Assembly: GCA_963794525.1 (NCBI GenBank)
Contig: CAWCEC010000003.1
Coordinates: 124,003 to 188,002, forward strand
DNA length: 64,000 nucleotides
Source: an uncultured Chloroflexia bacterium
Lineage (GTDB): Bacteria > Chloroflexota > Limnocylindria > Limnocylindrales > CSP1-4
Reading direction: 5' to 3'
This document shows, one piece after another, positions 9,974 through 19,921 of this stretch. The stretch's first letter is position 1; each line of letters starts with the position of its first letter. The position numbers were made by a program, and so were the translations under genes. The notes beneath the pieces are model-generated. The model was not told where the DNA came from. It saw only the letters and a list, made by a program, of their open reading frames with translations, and did no database searches.

Positions 9974-10411
9974 TCACACGCGGCGGGGATGACGGGCTCG
10001 TTGGGACGCAAGGCGCGCATGTGCCTCGGCAAGCAGCGGCACGACGACCTCGGCGAAGGTCGACTCGCTCGGGTTGAGGATCGCGACCCAGAGCTGACGC
10101 GCATAGTCGGGATGCGGCAGCACGCGGTCGAGCGTTGTGTAGTCGGGCTTGGGCTCCGCTGCGGCGATGCGCTCCAGCGTCCGTCGGTTGACGCCCATGC
10201 TCAGACGAAAGACGCCGGGCCGCGACAGGTCCGAGACCTGGTCGGTGTCGTCGGACCAGACGAGCGTCGCGAAGTTCGGCCAGTGCTTCTCTGGGTCGAT
10301 CGAGAAGAAGCGCATGCCGTCGATGCTCACGACGTCGACGTCGAGAAAGGTGCTGGTGATGTACTCGGTGATCGTCTCCGGGTCGGGCCCGGAAGGCAGT
10401 GAATTGCTCAT
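9974..10411 (-). CDS. hypothetical protein
   Basis: 145-aa ORF with coding-like GC3; no family recognised. Confidence 0.5.
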   Translation of the reverse strand: MSNSLPSGPDPETITEYITSTFLDVDVVSIDGMRFFSIDPEKHWPNFATLVWSDDTDQVSDLSRPGVFRLSMGVNRRTLERIAAAEPKPDYTTLDRVLPHPDYARQLWVAILNPSESTFAEVVVPLLAEAHARLASQRARHPRRV

Positions 10412-10621
10412 GAATTGAGCCTAAGACATGCATGTCAAGAGGCCCCACGCCGCCTGCGCGCGTCGCTATCCTGCGGCCGGTGCACCTCCAGCGATCGGTT
10501 CGACCGGCGGCACATCATCATCGTCGTCAACCTCGCTCGGGCAGCGGTCCTGGCGGCACTTGCCGGCATCATCGTCACCGGTGCCGTCGACATCGGCGTC
10601 GTCCTATTCGCACTATTTCGG

Positions 10622-12277
10622 TCAGAGCGTGCCCGTGTCGAGCGAGACATCCGCTTCCAGGCGCTGACGGGACGCAGCGTCCGCGAGCGCGCGGCTACGC
10701 GGTTGTCCGGTCAATGCCTCGAGGAAGGGGCCACGATCGAGCGCCAGCAGCTCGGTCGGTGTCACGGCGACCACGGTCGCGGTCCGGGGGACGTCGCGCA
10801 GGAGGGCGATCTCGCCGAACGAATCGCCGCTCGTCTGGTGGCGCACCGCGCCGCTCGTCGTCGACACCTCGACGTCGCCAGACAAGATCACGTAAAACCG
10901 ATCACCGACCTCACCGGCAGTGACGATCGCCCGTCCCGGGTCGACCGTGACCGGCGTCGCGCCATTCGCGAGGCGCTCCAGCACCGGCCCCGAGAGCGGC
11001 CCGAACATCGGCACGCCTCGGAGCGCCCGCGATCGGCGCAGTCGACCCGGGTCGACACGATCGGCGCTGATAAGCGTCGGCGCCGCGATCGCAACGATGA
11101 CGCCGAGGACGAGGCCGCTGACGACGATCGCGGGCAGCATCCCGACGGCTGCGATCAGCACCGGTACCGCCAGCGCACCGAGCGCCTGCGAGGCCATCAT
11201 GGTCGACTCCATGACGCCGAACACGCGGCTCATGACGTCGTCACCCGCCATGCGCTGTGCGAGCGTCAGCGCCTCGACGTAGACGAACGCCCAGCCGGCC
11301 CCAGCGGCGACGACACAGGCGAGGATCACGATCGGCCCCGGTCCCAACCCGATCAGGGCGACCGCCCCAGCGAACAACGCACCGGCCGCGACGTACGCCG
11401 TCGCGAGGCGGTCCCGACCCATGAGCAAGCCAGTCGCGGCAGCTCCAACGACCGATCCGAGTCCGGCGACCGCCGAGATATACCCGATGGTGCTCTCGTC
11501 ACCCCCCAGGAGATCGATGGCGATGATCGCAACCAGGACGTTGAACGCGCCAAGGAGCGCGATCGCGCCACTGAGGATGGCCATCACCGCGAACAGCCGC
11601 CGATCGCGGGCGACCGTGCGAAGGCCCGCCGCGAGATCCCGCGCCAGACCGGGCCGGCGCGGTACGACGGCCTGGCTCACCAGTGGCCGTGACGACCTCG
11701 CGAGGGGCAGGACCGCCAATACCGATCCGAGGGCCAGCACCGCGTTCGTCGCGTAGACCGCGGCCGGCCCGGCATGGCCCACCAGCAAACCGACTAGGAG
11801 CGGCCCGATCAGCGCCCCTAATCCCTCCACGGTCCCCGACGCAGCGTTCGCGACGGCTAGCTCATCGGGGGTCTGGGCGACCTCCGGCAGCAACGCTGCG
11901 TGGGCCGGCCGGATCAGCGTGATGCTCGTGGCGGCCACCGTGGCCATCGCGTAGGCGACGATCGGTGGGGCCAGGACGAGCGCGACGGCCGTCGCAGCCA
12001 TCGATGCCGACAGGATCGCGTACGCGCCCGCGAGCACGCGAGCGCGCGGCCATCGATCGCCGAACATCGACGCCGCCGGCGCCACGATGATCGACGGGAG
12101 GAACACGACGCCGGCGACCACGCCCGCTTCGACCGGCCCGCCCTGCGAGTAGGCGAACACCACGAGGCCGATCCAGGACGCCCATTCCGTGACGCTGAAC
12201 GCGAGGAACGCCGGGATGAGGCGCCGCAGCGACGGGAGCCGCAGGACCGCGCGAACCGTGACGAGTGCGCCGGTCAT
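10622..12277 (-). CDS. MFS transporter fused to a C-terminal cyclic-nucleotide-binding (cNMP) domain
   Basis: About 12 transmembrane segments, then a cNMP motif FGEIALLRDVPRTATVVA. Confidence 0.8.
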   Translation of the reverse strand: MTGALVTVRAVLRLPSLRRLIPAFLAFSVTEWASWIGLVVFAYSQGGPVEAGVVAGVVFLPSIIVAPAASMFGDRWPRARVLAGAYAILSASMAATAVALVLAPPIVAYAMATVAATSITLIRPAHAALLPEVAQTPDELAVANAASGTVEGLGALIGPLLVGLLVGHAGPAAVYATNAVLALGSVLAVLPLARSSRPLVSQAVVPRRPGLARDLAAGLRTVARDRRLFAVMAILSGAIALLGAFNVLVAIIAIDLLGGDESTIGYISAVAGLGSVVGAAATGLLMGRDRLATAYVAAGALFAGAVALIGLGPGPIVILACVVAAGAGWAFVYVEALTLAQRMAGDDVMSRVFGVMESTMMASQALGALAVPVLIAAVGMLPAIVVSGLVLGVIVAIAAPTLISADRVDPGRLRRSRALRGVPMFGPLSGPVLERLANGATPVTVDPGRAIVTAGEVGDRFYVILSGDVEVSTTSGAVRHQTSGDSFGEIALLRDVPRTATVVAVTPTELLALDRGPFLEALTGQPRSRALADAASRQRLEADVSLDTGTL

Positions 12278-12295
12278 CCGCCCCAGTCTGACGAG

Positions 12296-13327
12296 TCAGC
12301 GCCAGTCTGGGATACCGCCGAGCGCGTGGGCGATGCCGTCCGCACGCAGTTCCAACCGGCCCGTGCCATCCGGACGTACAACATACAGCGCGCGGCCCGA
12401 GACAAGGAGGTAGCGGCCGTCCGGCGACCAGGCGACGAACTGGCCGACCTCGCTCGTGACACGGTGTTGGTCCGAGCCGTCGACGTTCATGACCCAGATG
12501 TCGCGATACTGATCGTCGGGCTCTCCTGTTTGCCAGCACTCCTCGTCCGCATCACGGAACTCGCAGTCGTCGCGTTCTGAGGAGAAGGCGATCGACGCGC
12601 CATCGGGTGACCAGACCGCCCAGCTGTCGTCGCCGGGGTGGTCGGTCAGCTGTCCCGTCGCTCCGGTCGCGAGGTCGGCGACGTAGATCTCGTAGTCGCT
12701 TCCGTCGTGGCCCTCGTATGCGATCCGCTGGCCGTCGGGCGAGAACGACGGGTATTCGAACCAGCCGTCGACGTCGATCGCGCGCAGATTCGACCCGTCC
12801 GGATCGACGAGATAGCCGCGCAGCCGACCACCGCCCCGGTCCGAGTTGAAGACGATCGTGCGACCGTCCGGCGACCAATCCGGACCCCAGTCGTTCGCAG
12901 GATCGTTCGTGATGTTCCGCCGCTCAGAGCCGTCCGCGCGTGCCACGAAGACCTCATCGTTCTCGTTGAGGCCACGGGTCGAGTCGCGGTAGACGACCCA
13001 CTCGCCGTCCGGCGACCAGGCCCCGTCGAATTCCGGGCCGACCGCGCCGGCAACCGTGACGACGTTCGAGCCGTCGATGTCCATGGCGAAGACGTCCTCG
13101 AAGTCGTCGAACACGATTCGCCCCGAGAGCTCGGCGAGCTCGGTCGGCTCGCCGGTCGAGATCGGTTCCCAGCCGCTGTGGACGACTCGCGAGGGCAGGG
13201 GAGTGCCGATCGAGGACGCTGCCGATGGCGCTTCGAAGAAACTCGGGCTGGCCGTGACGCTCGGTCCGGCGCAGCCGGTGAGCGAGATCGCGAGCACGGC
13301 TGCCGCCACGGGTCGAAGCGATGCCAC
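12296..13327 (-). CDS. lipoprotein with TolB-like (PD40) beta-propeller repeats
   Basis: Repeated WSPDG motifs. The likely GTG start at 13327 gives a lipoprotein signal VASLRPVAAAVLAISLTGC; the longer ORF extends to 13486. Confidence 0.65.
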   Translation of the reverse strand: MASLRPVAAAVLAISLTGCAGPSVTASPSFFEAPSAASSIGTPLPSRVVHSGWEPISTGEPTELAELSGRIVFDDFEDVFAMDIDGSNVVTVAGAVGPEFDGAWSPDGEWVVYRDSTRGLNENDEVFVARADGSERRNITNDPANDWGPDWSPDGRTIVFNSDRGGGRLRGYLVDPDGSNLRAIDVDGWFEYPSFSPDGQRIAYEGHDGSDYEIYVADLATGATGQLTDHPGDDSWAVWSPDGASIAFSSERDDCEFRDADEECWQTGEPDDQYRDIWVMNVDGSDQHRVTSEVGQFVAWSPDGRYLLVSGRALYVVRPDGTGRLELRADGIAHALGGIPDWR

Positions 13328-13412
13328 GTGCGCTCTACACCTGGCGACGTGTTTCGGTTCCGCAAAGTCTGCGACAGCCGAGCTGTCATGGACCGACCAC
13401 AGGATCATCGGC

Positions 13413-13664
13413 ATGGCCAAGGGTTCGAACGACTTCCGACATGCCGAGGCGGCGTGGTCCGCGGCTCGCCGGATGATCGCCCGCAAGGACCGGCCGTGCT
13501 ACCGCGTCGCCGAGACGGGCGACGGCGCGACCGTCCACATCGTCGAGCTGCCCTGGATCGCGCCGATCGAAGCGAGCCGCCGCGACGCCATCGATCGCGC
13601 CCGCGAGACGATCGCAGGCTGGCTCGACGTCCAGCCCGACGCTTTCGATGTCGAGCGAGGGTAG
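13413..13664 (+). CDS. small hypothetical protein (HicB/UPF0150-like?)
   Basis: 83-aa ORF with AGGA 8 nt upstream. The HIVELPWIAPIEASRRDAIDRARETIAGWL region resembles the HicB N-terminal fold; weak. Confidence 0.35.
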   Translation: MAKGSNDFRHAEAAWSAARRMIARKDRPCYRVAETGDGATVHIVELPWIAPIEASRRDAIDRARETIAGWLDVQPDAFDVERG

Positions 13665-13906
13665 GACGAGGCCAGTCGCTATCCTCTGACGAAATGACCG
13701 ACGACGACCTACCCGCCAGCGAAGCCGCCCGTGCGCGACGACGCGACCGCGACATGGAGGCGGAGCGGCGGGCGTTGATGCGCCCCGGGCTGGCGAAGGT
13801 CTTCCGCCAGGTCACCGATGCCAGCGCGAAGCCGCCCACGCCCAAGCAGCAGAAGACGAAGCGCGCGAAACAGAGGTAGGAGCGGATCCGCCGGGCTGGC
13901 AGCCCG

Positions 13907-15050
13907 TCACCGATCCGAGGTCTTGGCCTCGAACAGCTCCCACTCGCCCGGCACGCCCCGCAGGCTGGTGGCGCCAAGCGGGCTGAATACCAGGTCGGTG
14001 CCGGTGACCAGGTCGCGCACGGTCCTGGTCACGACGACCTGACTGCGTTCGGCGGGACCGAGCAGTCGCGCGGCGATGTGGATCGCGATACCGCCGATGC
14101 CGGTCTCGCGACGCTCGATCTCGCCGGTGTGGATGCCCACCCGGGTCTCGCAACCGAGATCCCGCGCCGCCTCGACCAGACCGAACGCGCAGCGCAGCGC
14201 CCGTGTCGGGGCGTCGAAGACCGCCATGACGCCATCGCCGGCGAACTCGACGTGTTCGCCGTGCCACCGCTCGACCTCGACTTGGACGGCCCGCTCGTGC
14301 TGCTCGAGGAGCTTCTTCCAGGCGCGATCTCCCATCGCGGCCGCGCGACCGGTCGAAATCGACGATGTCCGCGAACAGGACCGTCGCCAATGTCCGATCG
14401 ATGTCCTCTGCAGCCTGCAGCGATCGGACCTGTTCGTTGGTCCACTGGTATTCGTCGACGAAGCGGCTCGTCGGGACGTCGGGGTCGGGTCGGTAGGTGA
14501 GCAGGACGACGCCGGAGCTGAAGGTGCGTGAGCCCACGAGGCGCAGGTGGTGGGTGTCGATGCGGTCGCGGAAGAGACGCTTGCCGCTGCCCAGGATCAC
14601 CGGGTAGACCTGCAGTCGGTACTCGTCCACCAGATCGTGACGCAGGAGCTCGTCGACCAGGTCCGGGCTGCCGAACACCACCAGGTCGCCGCCCGGTTTC
14701 GCCTTCAACGTCCTGACCTCGCCCGCCACGTCACCCGAGACGATCGTGGAGTTGCTCCAATCGGCCCGCTTGAGCGTGTTGGAAACGACGTACTTCGGGA
14801 CGCGGTTCATCCACTCGATGAATTCGGCATCGCCCCCGCTGGCCGTCGGCCAGAACGCCGCCCAGATCTGCCAGGTCCGACGGCCCAACAGCATCGCGTC
14901 GGCAGACATCGCCTGTTCCATGTTGTAGCGCTGATCCTCGTCGTTCTGGACGCGCAGAGCCCAGGCGTTCCGGCCGCTCCGATGCTCGTCGAACCCGGGC
15001 GCCTCGACGATGCCATCGACGGTCACGAAGGAGGCCACGACAAGCTTCAT
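13907..15050 (-). pseudogene. DHFR-like (RibD C-terminal domain) protein fused to a class III adenylate cyclase domain, interrupted by a single frameshift near 14335-14354
   Basis: The N-terminal RibD_C-like domain (MKLVVASFVTVDGIVEAPG, VVFGSPDLVDELLRHDLVDEYRLQVYPVILGSGKRLF) runs into the cyclase start LATVLFADIVDF. The cyclase continues in another frame (ORF 13907-14335: GDRAWKKLLEQHERAV...FAGDGVMAVFD). Confidence 0.7.
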
Positions 15051-15120
15051 CACCGCAAGACTAGTCGTCGCGAGCGGCGGCGGGGCTCTGCCACCTTCGC
15101 TACGCCATATCCTTCTGGTC

Positions 15121-15933
15121 GTGCCTCTTTTCATGGACCGTCACGAGCTCGCGGGTGCGACGCCAGAAGACATCGCGGCGGCCCATACCGCAGACCTCGA
15201 CGTCCAGGGCCGGTTCGGCGTCCAGTACCTCACCTACTGGCTCGACTACGAGCGTCAGCGGGCGTTCTGTCTGGCCAGCGGTCCGGACCGCGACTCTGTC
15301 GTCGCAGTCCATCGAGCGAGTCATGGGATGCTCCCCAACGAGGTCATCGAAGTCGATGGGGGAGATGTCGAGCGCTACCTCGGCCCGATCCGCAACCATG
15401 CGCCGGGGGAGGTCTACGTGGAGACTGCCTTCCGGACGATCGTGTTCACCGACATCGTCGGATCGACCCGGCTCACGCAGCAGCTCGGAGACAGCGCGGC
15501 GATGGAGCTCCTGCGGGTGCATGACCGGATCGCGCGGGGTGCCGTCGGGCAGCGCGGCGGATCGGAGGTCAAACACACCGGTGACGGATTGATGGCGTCA
15601 TTCGGATCGGTCAGCGCGGCACTGGAGTCGTCCGTGGCCATCCAGCGCGAACTCGCCGATCACAACCGGACTGCGCCGCATCCGGTGGAGGTCCGGATCG
15701 GCGTGGCCGCGGGGGAACCGGTCCTCGAGAACGACGACCTGTTCGGGGCGGCCGTGCAGCTCGCCGCACGCCTGTGCGATCGCGCTCGACCCGGATCGAT
15801 CCTCGTGTCGGGTGCGGTCCGCGACCTCTCCATCGGCAAGCGGTTCGACTTCCAGCGCCGCGGCCGACTCACGATGAAGGGCTTCGATGAACCGGTCACC
15901 CTGTTCGAGGTCAGCTGGCAGGGGCCGGCTTGA
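15121..15933 (+). CDS. DUF4242-domain protein fused to a class III adenylate cyclase domain
   Basis: GTG start gives (M)PLFMDRHELAG, as in DUF4242. Cyclase motifs FRTIVFTDIVGSTRL and HTGDGLMASF follow. It is divergent from the frameshifted cyclase gene, with about 70 bp between the start codons. Confidence 0.8.
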   Translation: MPLFMDRHELAGATPEDIAAAHTADLDVQGRFGVQYLTYWLDYERQRAFCLASGPDRDSVVAVHRASHGMLPNEVIEVDGGDVERYLGPIRNHAPGEVYVETAFRTIVFTDIVGSTRLTQQLGDSAAMELLRVHDRIARGAVGQRGGSEVKHTGDGLMASFGSVSAALESSVAIQRELADHNRTAPHPVEVRIGVAAGEPVLENDDLFGAAVQLAARLCDRARPGSILVSGAVRDLSIGKRFDFQRRGRLTMKGFDEPVTLFEVSWQGPA

Positions 15934-16322
15934 TGAGCGCCCCGGCCGCGATCGTCTTCGCGATCCTCACCCTCGTCGCCGTCGGGTTCCAGGTCGCCCT
16001 CGCGCTCGGCGCGCCGTGGGGCGAATACGCGATGGGCGGCGCCAACCGGGGCAGGCTTCCACCGGCGATGCGCATCGCGGCACTCGTCCAGGCGATCATC
16101 CTCAGCATCCTGGCCCTGGGCGTCCTCCAGCGGGCAGGGCTGGTCGATGTCCCGATCCTGCGGGATCTGCCGTGGCTGATCTGGGTAGCCGTGGCGTTCT
16201 CGGCGGTCAGCCTCGTGCTCAACGCCATCTCGCGAAGCGCCGGGGAGCGACGGATCTGGGTGCCGGTGGCGCTGTTGATGCTCGGCTCGAGCCTGCTGGT
16301 GGCCCTCACGGCGGGACCATAG
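15930..16322 (+). CDS. small integral membrane protein
   Basis: 130 aa with four predicted transmembrane helices. The start overlaps the stop of the upstream gene (ATGA). Confidence 0.55.
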   Translation: MMSAPAAIVFAILTLVAVGFQVALALGAPWGEYAMGGANRGRLPPAMRIAALVQAIILSILALGVLQRAGLVDVPILRDLPWLIWVAVAFSAVSLVLNAISRSAGERRIWVPVALLMLGSSLLVALTAGP

Positions 16323-16330
16323 AGGTCACC

Positions 16331-16840
16331 TTGGGAGCCTTGGAACCGCGCGTCGGCGTGGCCGAACTGCCTGTCGACTCGGCGCACGGCATCGTCAGCA
16401 TCGGCCGCGAGACGTTCCCGGAGTTCGACCACTTCGAGCAGCTCGGCGTGCATGTCCAGTCGGATCGAGTGCGACAGGCGAGCCCGGATCCTGTCTACGT
16501 CGAGACGGCGTTGACCGCGCTGCGCCAGGCGGCTCGTGAGCTCGGTGTGCCCGAGGTCGATGTCGTCTTCGTCGACACGGTCGTCGCGCCGCCGGCGTTC
16601 GGGCTGCGCTACGGCTTCAAGGGCGCGTACACCACCGACCACCCGACCCTGATCTGGGTATTCGCCAACTGGACGTCGCTGGACGAGCTCGCCGTCACCG
16701 TCCGCCACGAGGCTGCCCACCTGGCGTTCGCACGCACACACACGGCCGAGGAGTCCGCTGGACATGTCGGACCCTCGGAGGATTTCGCCCTGGCGTTCGA
16801 GCATGCGCCGCCGACTGAGGACGACGCCGCACCGCCATAA
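16331..16840 (+). CDS. hypothetical protein with an HExxH motif (putative small zinc metallopeptidase)
   Basis: TTG start at 16331 with AGAGG 5 nt upstream (alternative GTG at 16358). HEAAH motif in VTVRHEAAHLAF. Confidence 0.4.
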   Translation: MGALEPRVGVAELPVDSAHGIVSIGRETFPEFDHFEQLGVHVQSDRVRQASPDPVYVETALTALRQAARELGVPEVDVVFVDTVVAPPAFGLRYGFKGAYTTDHPTLIWVFANWTSLDELAVTVRHEAAHLAFARTHTAEESAGHVGPSEDFALAFEHAPPTEDDAAPP

Positions 16841-16884
16841 TCGCTCCACCGCTGGGGCGACCTGTCAGCGGCATCCCGCACGAG

Positions 16885-17892
16885 GTGCCTTCCGTGGCCA
16901 CACAGCGCTTCGAGTCATCCGTCACCGCGGTGTCGTGGATCCCGTCAGAGGCGATCAGCGGCCCATCCAAGATCCCGTTCGAGTTCGGTGTGACCCACTA
17001 CGACGATCCCCCGCCGGATCGGCTCGAGGACATCGAGCAGCTGCGGACGAGTGACCGCTTCCGCGAAGCGAACGAGCTGCGCGGGTTCATCGAGGTCGAG
17101 GACGGCAAGATCGTGCGTGCCGGCCACCTCGGGCAGGGCCACATCGGCGCCACCACCGTCCGGGTCGGGCCGGCCGCCCTGCGCTTCCCCGCGGTCCAGC
17201 TGCCGGACATCCAGGCCGAGCCGGAGATCGGCCCCTCGTCCGCCCGCTTCGTCCAGACGGTCGGCGGCCGCATGGGCCTTCCCACGCCGCGACCCGTGCC
17301 GCACAAGCCATTCGTCCAGTTCTGGCCATCGATCGCCTGGACGACGCTCGCGCTGACGATCAACGCCGACGGCAGCTCGAGCCATGAGCTCCTGGGCGCG
17401 AGCGCGTTCCCGCGCCATTGGATCTACGACGACGAGGGAACGCTGACCGAGAAGTCCGGGGTGATCGACTTCGGGAAGTGGTTCAACGACTCGTTCGGCG
17501 AGCGGACGCCGTGGGGCGACCAGGACTCACCGACGGTCGTGGCCGCGGTCGAGTCGGCGCTCGAGCGGTCGCTGTCGAGCGCGATCATGAGCGGCGGCAC
17601 CAAGCCGAAGATCCAGACCATCCCGGAGGGCACCAACCTCGTCCGCCAGGGTCAGGGCGGCACGGAGGTCTACCTGATCCTCGACGGGATCTTCGTGGTC
17701 GAGGTCGACGATCGTGAGGTCGCCGAGATCGGTCCGGGTGCTGTGGTCGGCGAGCGAGCCGCGCTCGTGAACGGCACGCGAACGGCCACGTTATGGGCCC
17801 GCACGCCTGGCCGCGTCGCCAGCGTTCCCTATGACGCGCTCGATTCGCAGGCGCTCGGGAGCCTCGCGGCGGCGCATCAGCGCGAAAGGTAA
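16885..17892 (+). CDS. protein with a C-terminal cyclic-nucleotide-binding domain; N-terminal domain unknown
   Basis: GTG start. cNMP region EVYLILDGIFVVEVDDREVAEIGPGAVVGERAALVNGTRTATLWA. Confidence 0.7.
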   Translation: MPSVATQRFESSVTAVSWIPSEAISGPSKIPFEFGVTHYDDPPPDRLEDIEQLRTSDRFREANELRGFIEVEDGKIVRAGHLGQGHIGATTVRVGPAALRFPAVQLPDIQAEPEIGPSSARFVQTVGGRMGLPTPRPVPHKPFVQFWPSIAWTTLALTINADGSSSHELLGASAFPRHWIYDDEGTLTEKSGVIDFGKWFNDSFGERTPWGDQDSPTVVAAVESALERSLSSAIMSGGTKPKIQTIPEGTNLVRQGQGGTEVYLILDGIFVVEVDDREVAEIGPGAVVGERAALVNGTRTATLWARTPGRVASVPYDALDSQALGSLAAAHQRER

Positions 17893-17933
17893 CGCCGCTC
17901 TCGCCACGGCCGGAGGGGGACTCGAGGGCAAGG

Positions 17934-19844
17934 ATGGATCGTGATCCGCTGGCACTGTCCGCCGAGTCCATGCGCGAGATGGGCTACGCGGTCGTGGACA
18001 TGCTCATCGCGCGGATCGAGGCGCTTCGGAGCGGACCGGTCCTTCGGACCGAAACCCTCGAGCGGATGCTGGAGCGCCTCGACGGACCGCCATCGGCCGG
18101 GCCGCGCGACTTCACGGAGCTCCTTCGTGGTCTCGATGAGGACGTCCTGCCATTCGTCGGCCACTTCGACCATCCGCAATTCTTCGGCTACATCCCGGGC
18201 GCCGGCACGTGGCCCGCGGCGCTCGGAGACCTGATCGCGGCAGCCACCAATATCGATGCCGGCGCCTGGCGGGAAGGCGTCGGGCCGACCACGCTGGAGC
18301 TCATCGTCCTCGACTGGTTCCGTGACTGGATCGGCTACCCCGAGTCGGCGTCTGGAGTCCTCGTGTCCGGCGGGTCGGCCGCGAACCTCACGGCGATCGC
18401 GTGTGCCAGAGAGGCGCTCATCGGTCCGATGTCACCGCGCATCGTCATGTACACCGGCGACCAGACCCACTCGTCGGTCGCTCGCGCCGCGCGCCACCTC
18501 GGCTTCCGGCCCGATCAGCTCCGCGTTCTGCCGAGCGACGAGTCATTCCGCCTGCGTCCAGGGGACGTCGCCGCGGCGATCGACGCCGACATCGCCGCGG
18601 ATCGGCTGCCGTTCCTCGTCAGCGCGAACGCCGGCACGACGAACACCGGTGCGGTCGACCCGATCGGCGACCTTGCCAAGGTGTGCCACGACCGTGGTGT
18701 CTGGCTCCATGTCGATGGGGCGTACGGCGCATTCGCGGTCCTGACGGAACGCGGTCGGCAAGCGATGCCCGACCTCGCTGCCGCGGATTCCGTGACCCTC
18801 GATCCGCATAAGTGGCTCGCGATGCCGTTCGAGGTCGGCTGTCTGCTCGTGCGGGATGGGGCGATGCTCGAGGGGGCATTCGAGTTGCACCCCGAGTACC
18901 TCAAGGACCGCGACGAGCACGCGGGCGTCAATTTCGCGGATCGAGGGCTGCAGCTGACACGGGCCAGCCGCTCGATCAAGGTCTGGCTGGCCATCGAAAC
19001 GTTCGGACTTGATGCCTTCCGGGCGGCCATCGACCGCGCGATCGATCAAACACTCGCGGCCCAGGCCCGGATCGAGGCCGACCCGCGGCTCGAGCTCATG
19101 ACCTCGGCCTCACTCGGGATCCTCACGTTCCGCCGTCGAGGCACGCCCAGCGAGCCCACCATCGTCACGGACCGCCGCAATGAAGCCATCGTCAAGTCGA
19201 TCGCTGCGAGCGGCAAGGTCCTGCTCACGTCGACGATGGTCCAGGGGCGCTATGCGATCCGCATGTGCGTGCTCAACCACACGACGGAGGATGAGGACGT
19301 CGTCTTCGCACTCGACCGTGTCGCCGAGGCGGACGTGTCGGACCTCGAGGTCGCGGCATCGCAGCCGACGGGGCGACAGGTCGCCGGGACGACCGTGGAG
19401 GCGGCTGCGGCGGCACCCTCAGGATCGCGCGGGGCTGACCTCAGGCGTGTGCGCGGGTTCGAATCGCTCACCGACGAGCAGGCGACGCGCTTTCTCGCGG
19501 TCGCACGAGAGGAAACGCGTCGGAGAGGCGAGACCATCACCGAGCGCTGGGCACATGCCCGCACGTTCTACATCGTGCTCGACGGCGAGGTGTCGATCAC
19601 GATCGATGGCGTCGAGGTGAACCGTCTGGCCGGCGGCGAGTCCTTCGGTGAGATCGCCGCGATCGATTGGGGCCGTGATTTCAGCTACGGCCGGACGGCG
19701 ACGGTGACCACGACGATGCCGACGCGGCTCCTGGCCGTGCCGGGCGCGGCGCTGCGCGAGCTGATGCTCGACGCACCACGGGTCGATGCCTCGATCCGCC
19801 AGATCGCCTTCGAACGCATGCGTCGCGTAGGGACCACCGTCTGA
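17934..19844 (+). CDS. group II PLP-dependent amino-acid decarboxylase (aromatic-L-amino-acid / glutamate decarboxylase family) fused to a C-terminal cNMP-binding domain
   Basis: PLP-lysine motif SVTLDPHKWL and conserved VSGGSAANLTA. C-terminal cNMP region FYIVLDGEVSITIDG...GESFGEIAAI...RTATV. Confidence 0.85.
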   Translation: MDRDPLALSAESMREMGYAVVDMLIARIEALRSGPVLRTETLERMLERLDGPPSAGPRDFTELLRGLDEDVLPFVGHFDHPQFFGYIPGAGTWPAALGDLIAAATNIDAGAWREGVGPTTLELIVLDWFRDWIGYPESASGVLVSGGSAANLTAIACAREALIGPMSPRIVMYTGDQTHSSVARAARHLGFRPDQLRVLPSDESFRLRPGDVAAAIDADIAADRLPFLVSANAGTTNTGAVDPIGDLAKVCHDRGVWLHVDGAYGAFAVLTERGRQAMPDLAAADSVTLDPHKWLAMPFEVGCLLVRDGAMLEGAFELHPEYLKDRDEHAGVNFADRGLQLTRASRSIKVWLAIETFGLDAFRAAIDRAIDQTLAAQARIEADPRLELMTSASLGILTFRRRGTPSEPTIVTDRRNEAIVKSIAASGKVLLTSTMVQGRYAIRMCVLNHTTEDEDVVFALDRVAEADVSDLEVAASQPTGRQVAGTTVEAAAAAPSGSRGADLRRVRGFESLTDEQATRFLAVAREETRRRGETITERWAHARTFYIVLDGEVSITIDGVEVNRLAGGESFGEIAAIDWGRDFSYGRTATVTTTMPTRLLAVPGAALRELMLDAPRVDASIRQIAFERMRRVGTTV

Positions 19845-19921
19845 GACTGTCTGGGCGGGCGCGTCACGAGCCTCGTCATCCGTCGCCGACGGACCACCGC
19901 TCGACGGACTAGGCTGCCGTC

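Noticed and set aside
10415-11692. 425-aa plus-strand ORF
   Set aside because: It is antisense to the MFS-cNMP transporter gene; the Arg/Asp-rich composition is a high-GC artefact.
13694-13879. 61-aa basic ORF (MTDDDLPASEAARARRRDRDMEAERRALMRPGLAKVFRQVTDASAKPPTPKQQKTKRAKQR)
   Set aside because: It has no RBS and low complexity, and lies within the 3' region of the convergent cyclase pseudogene. It may be real but is not supportable from sequence alone.
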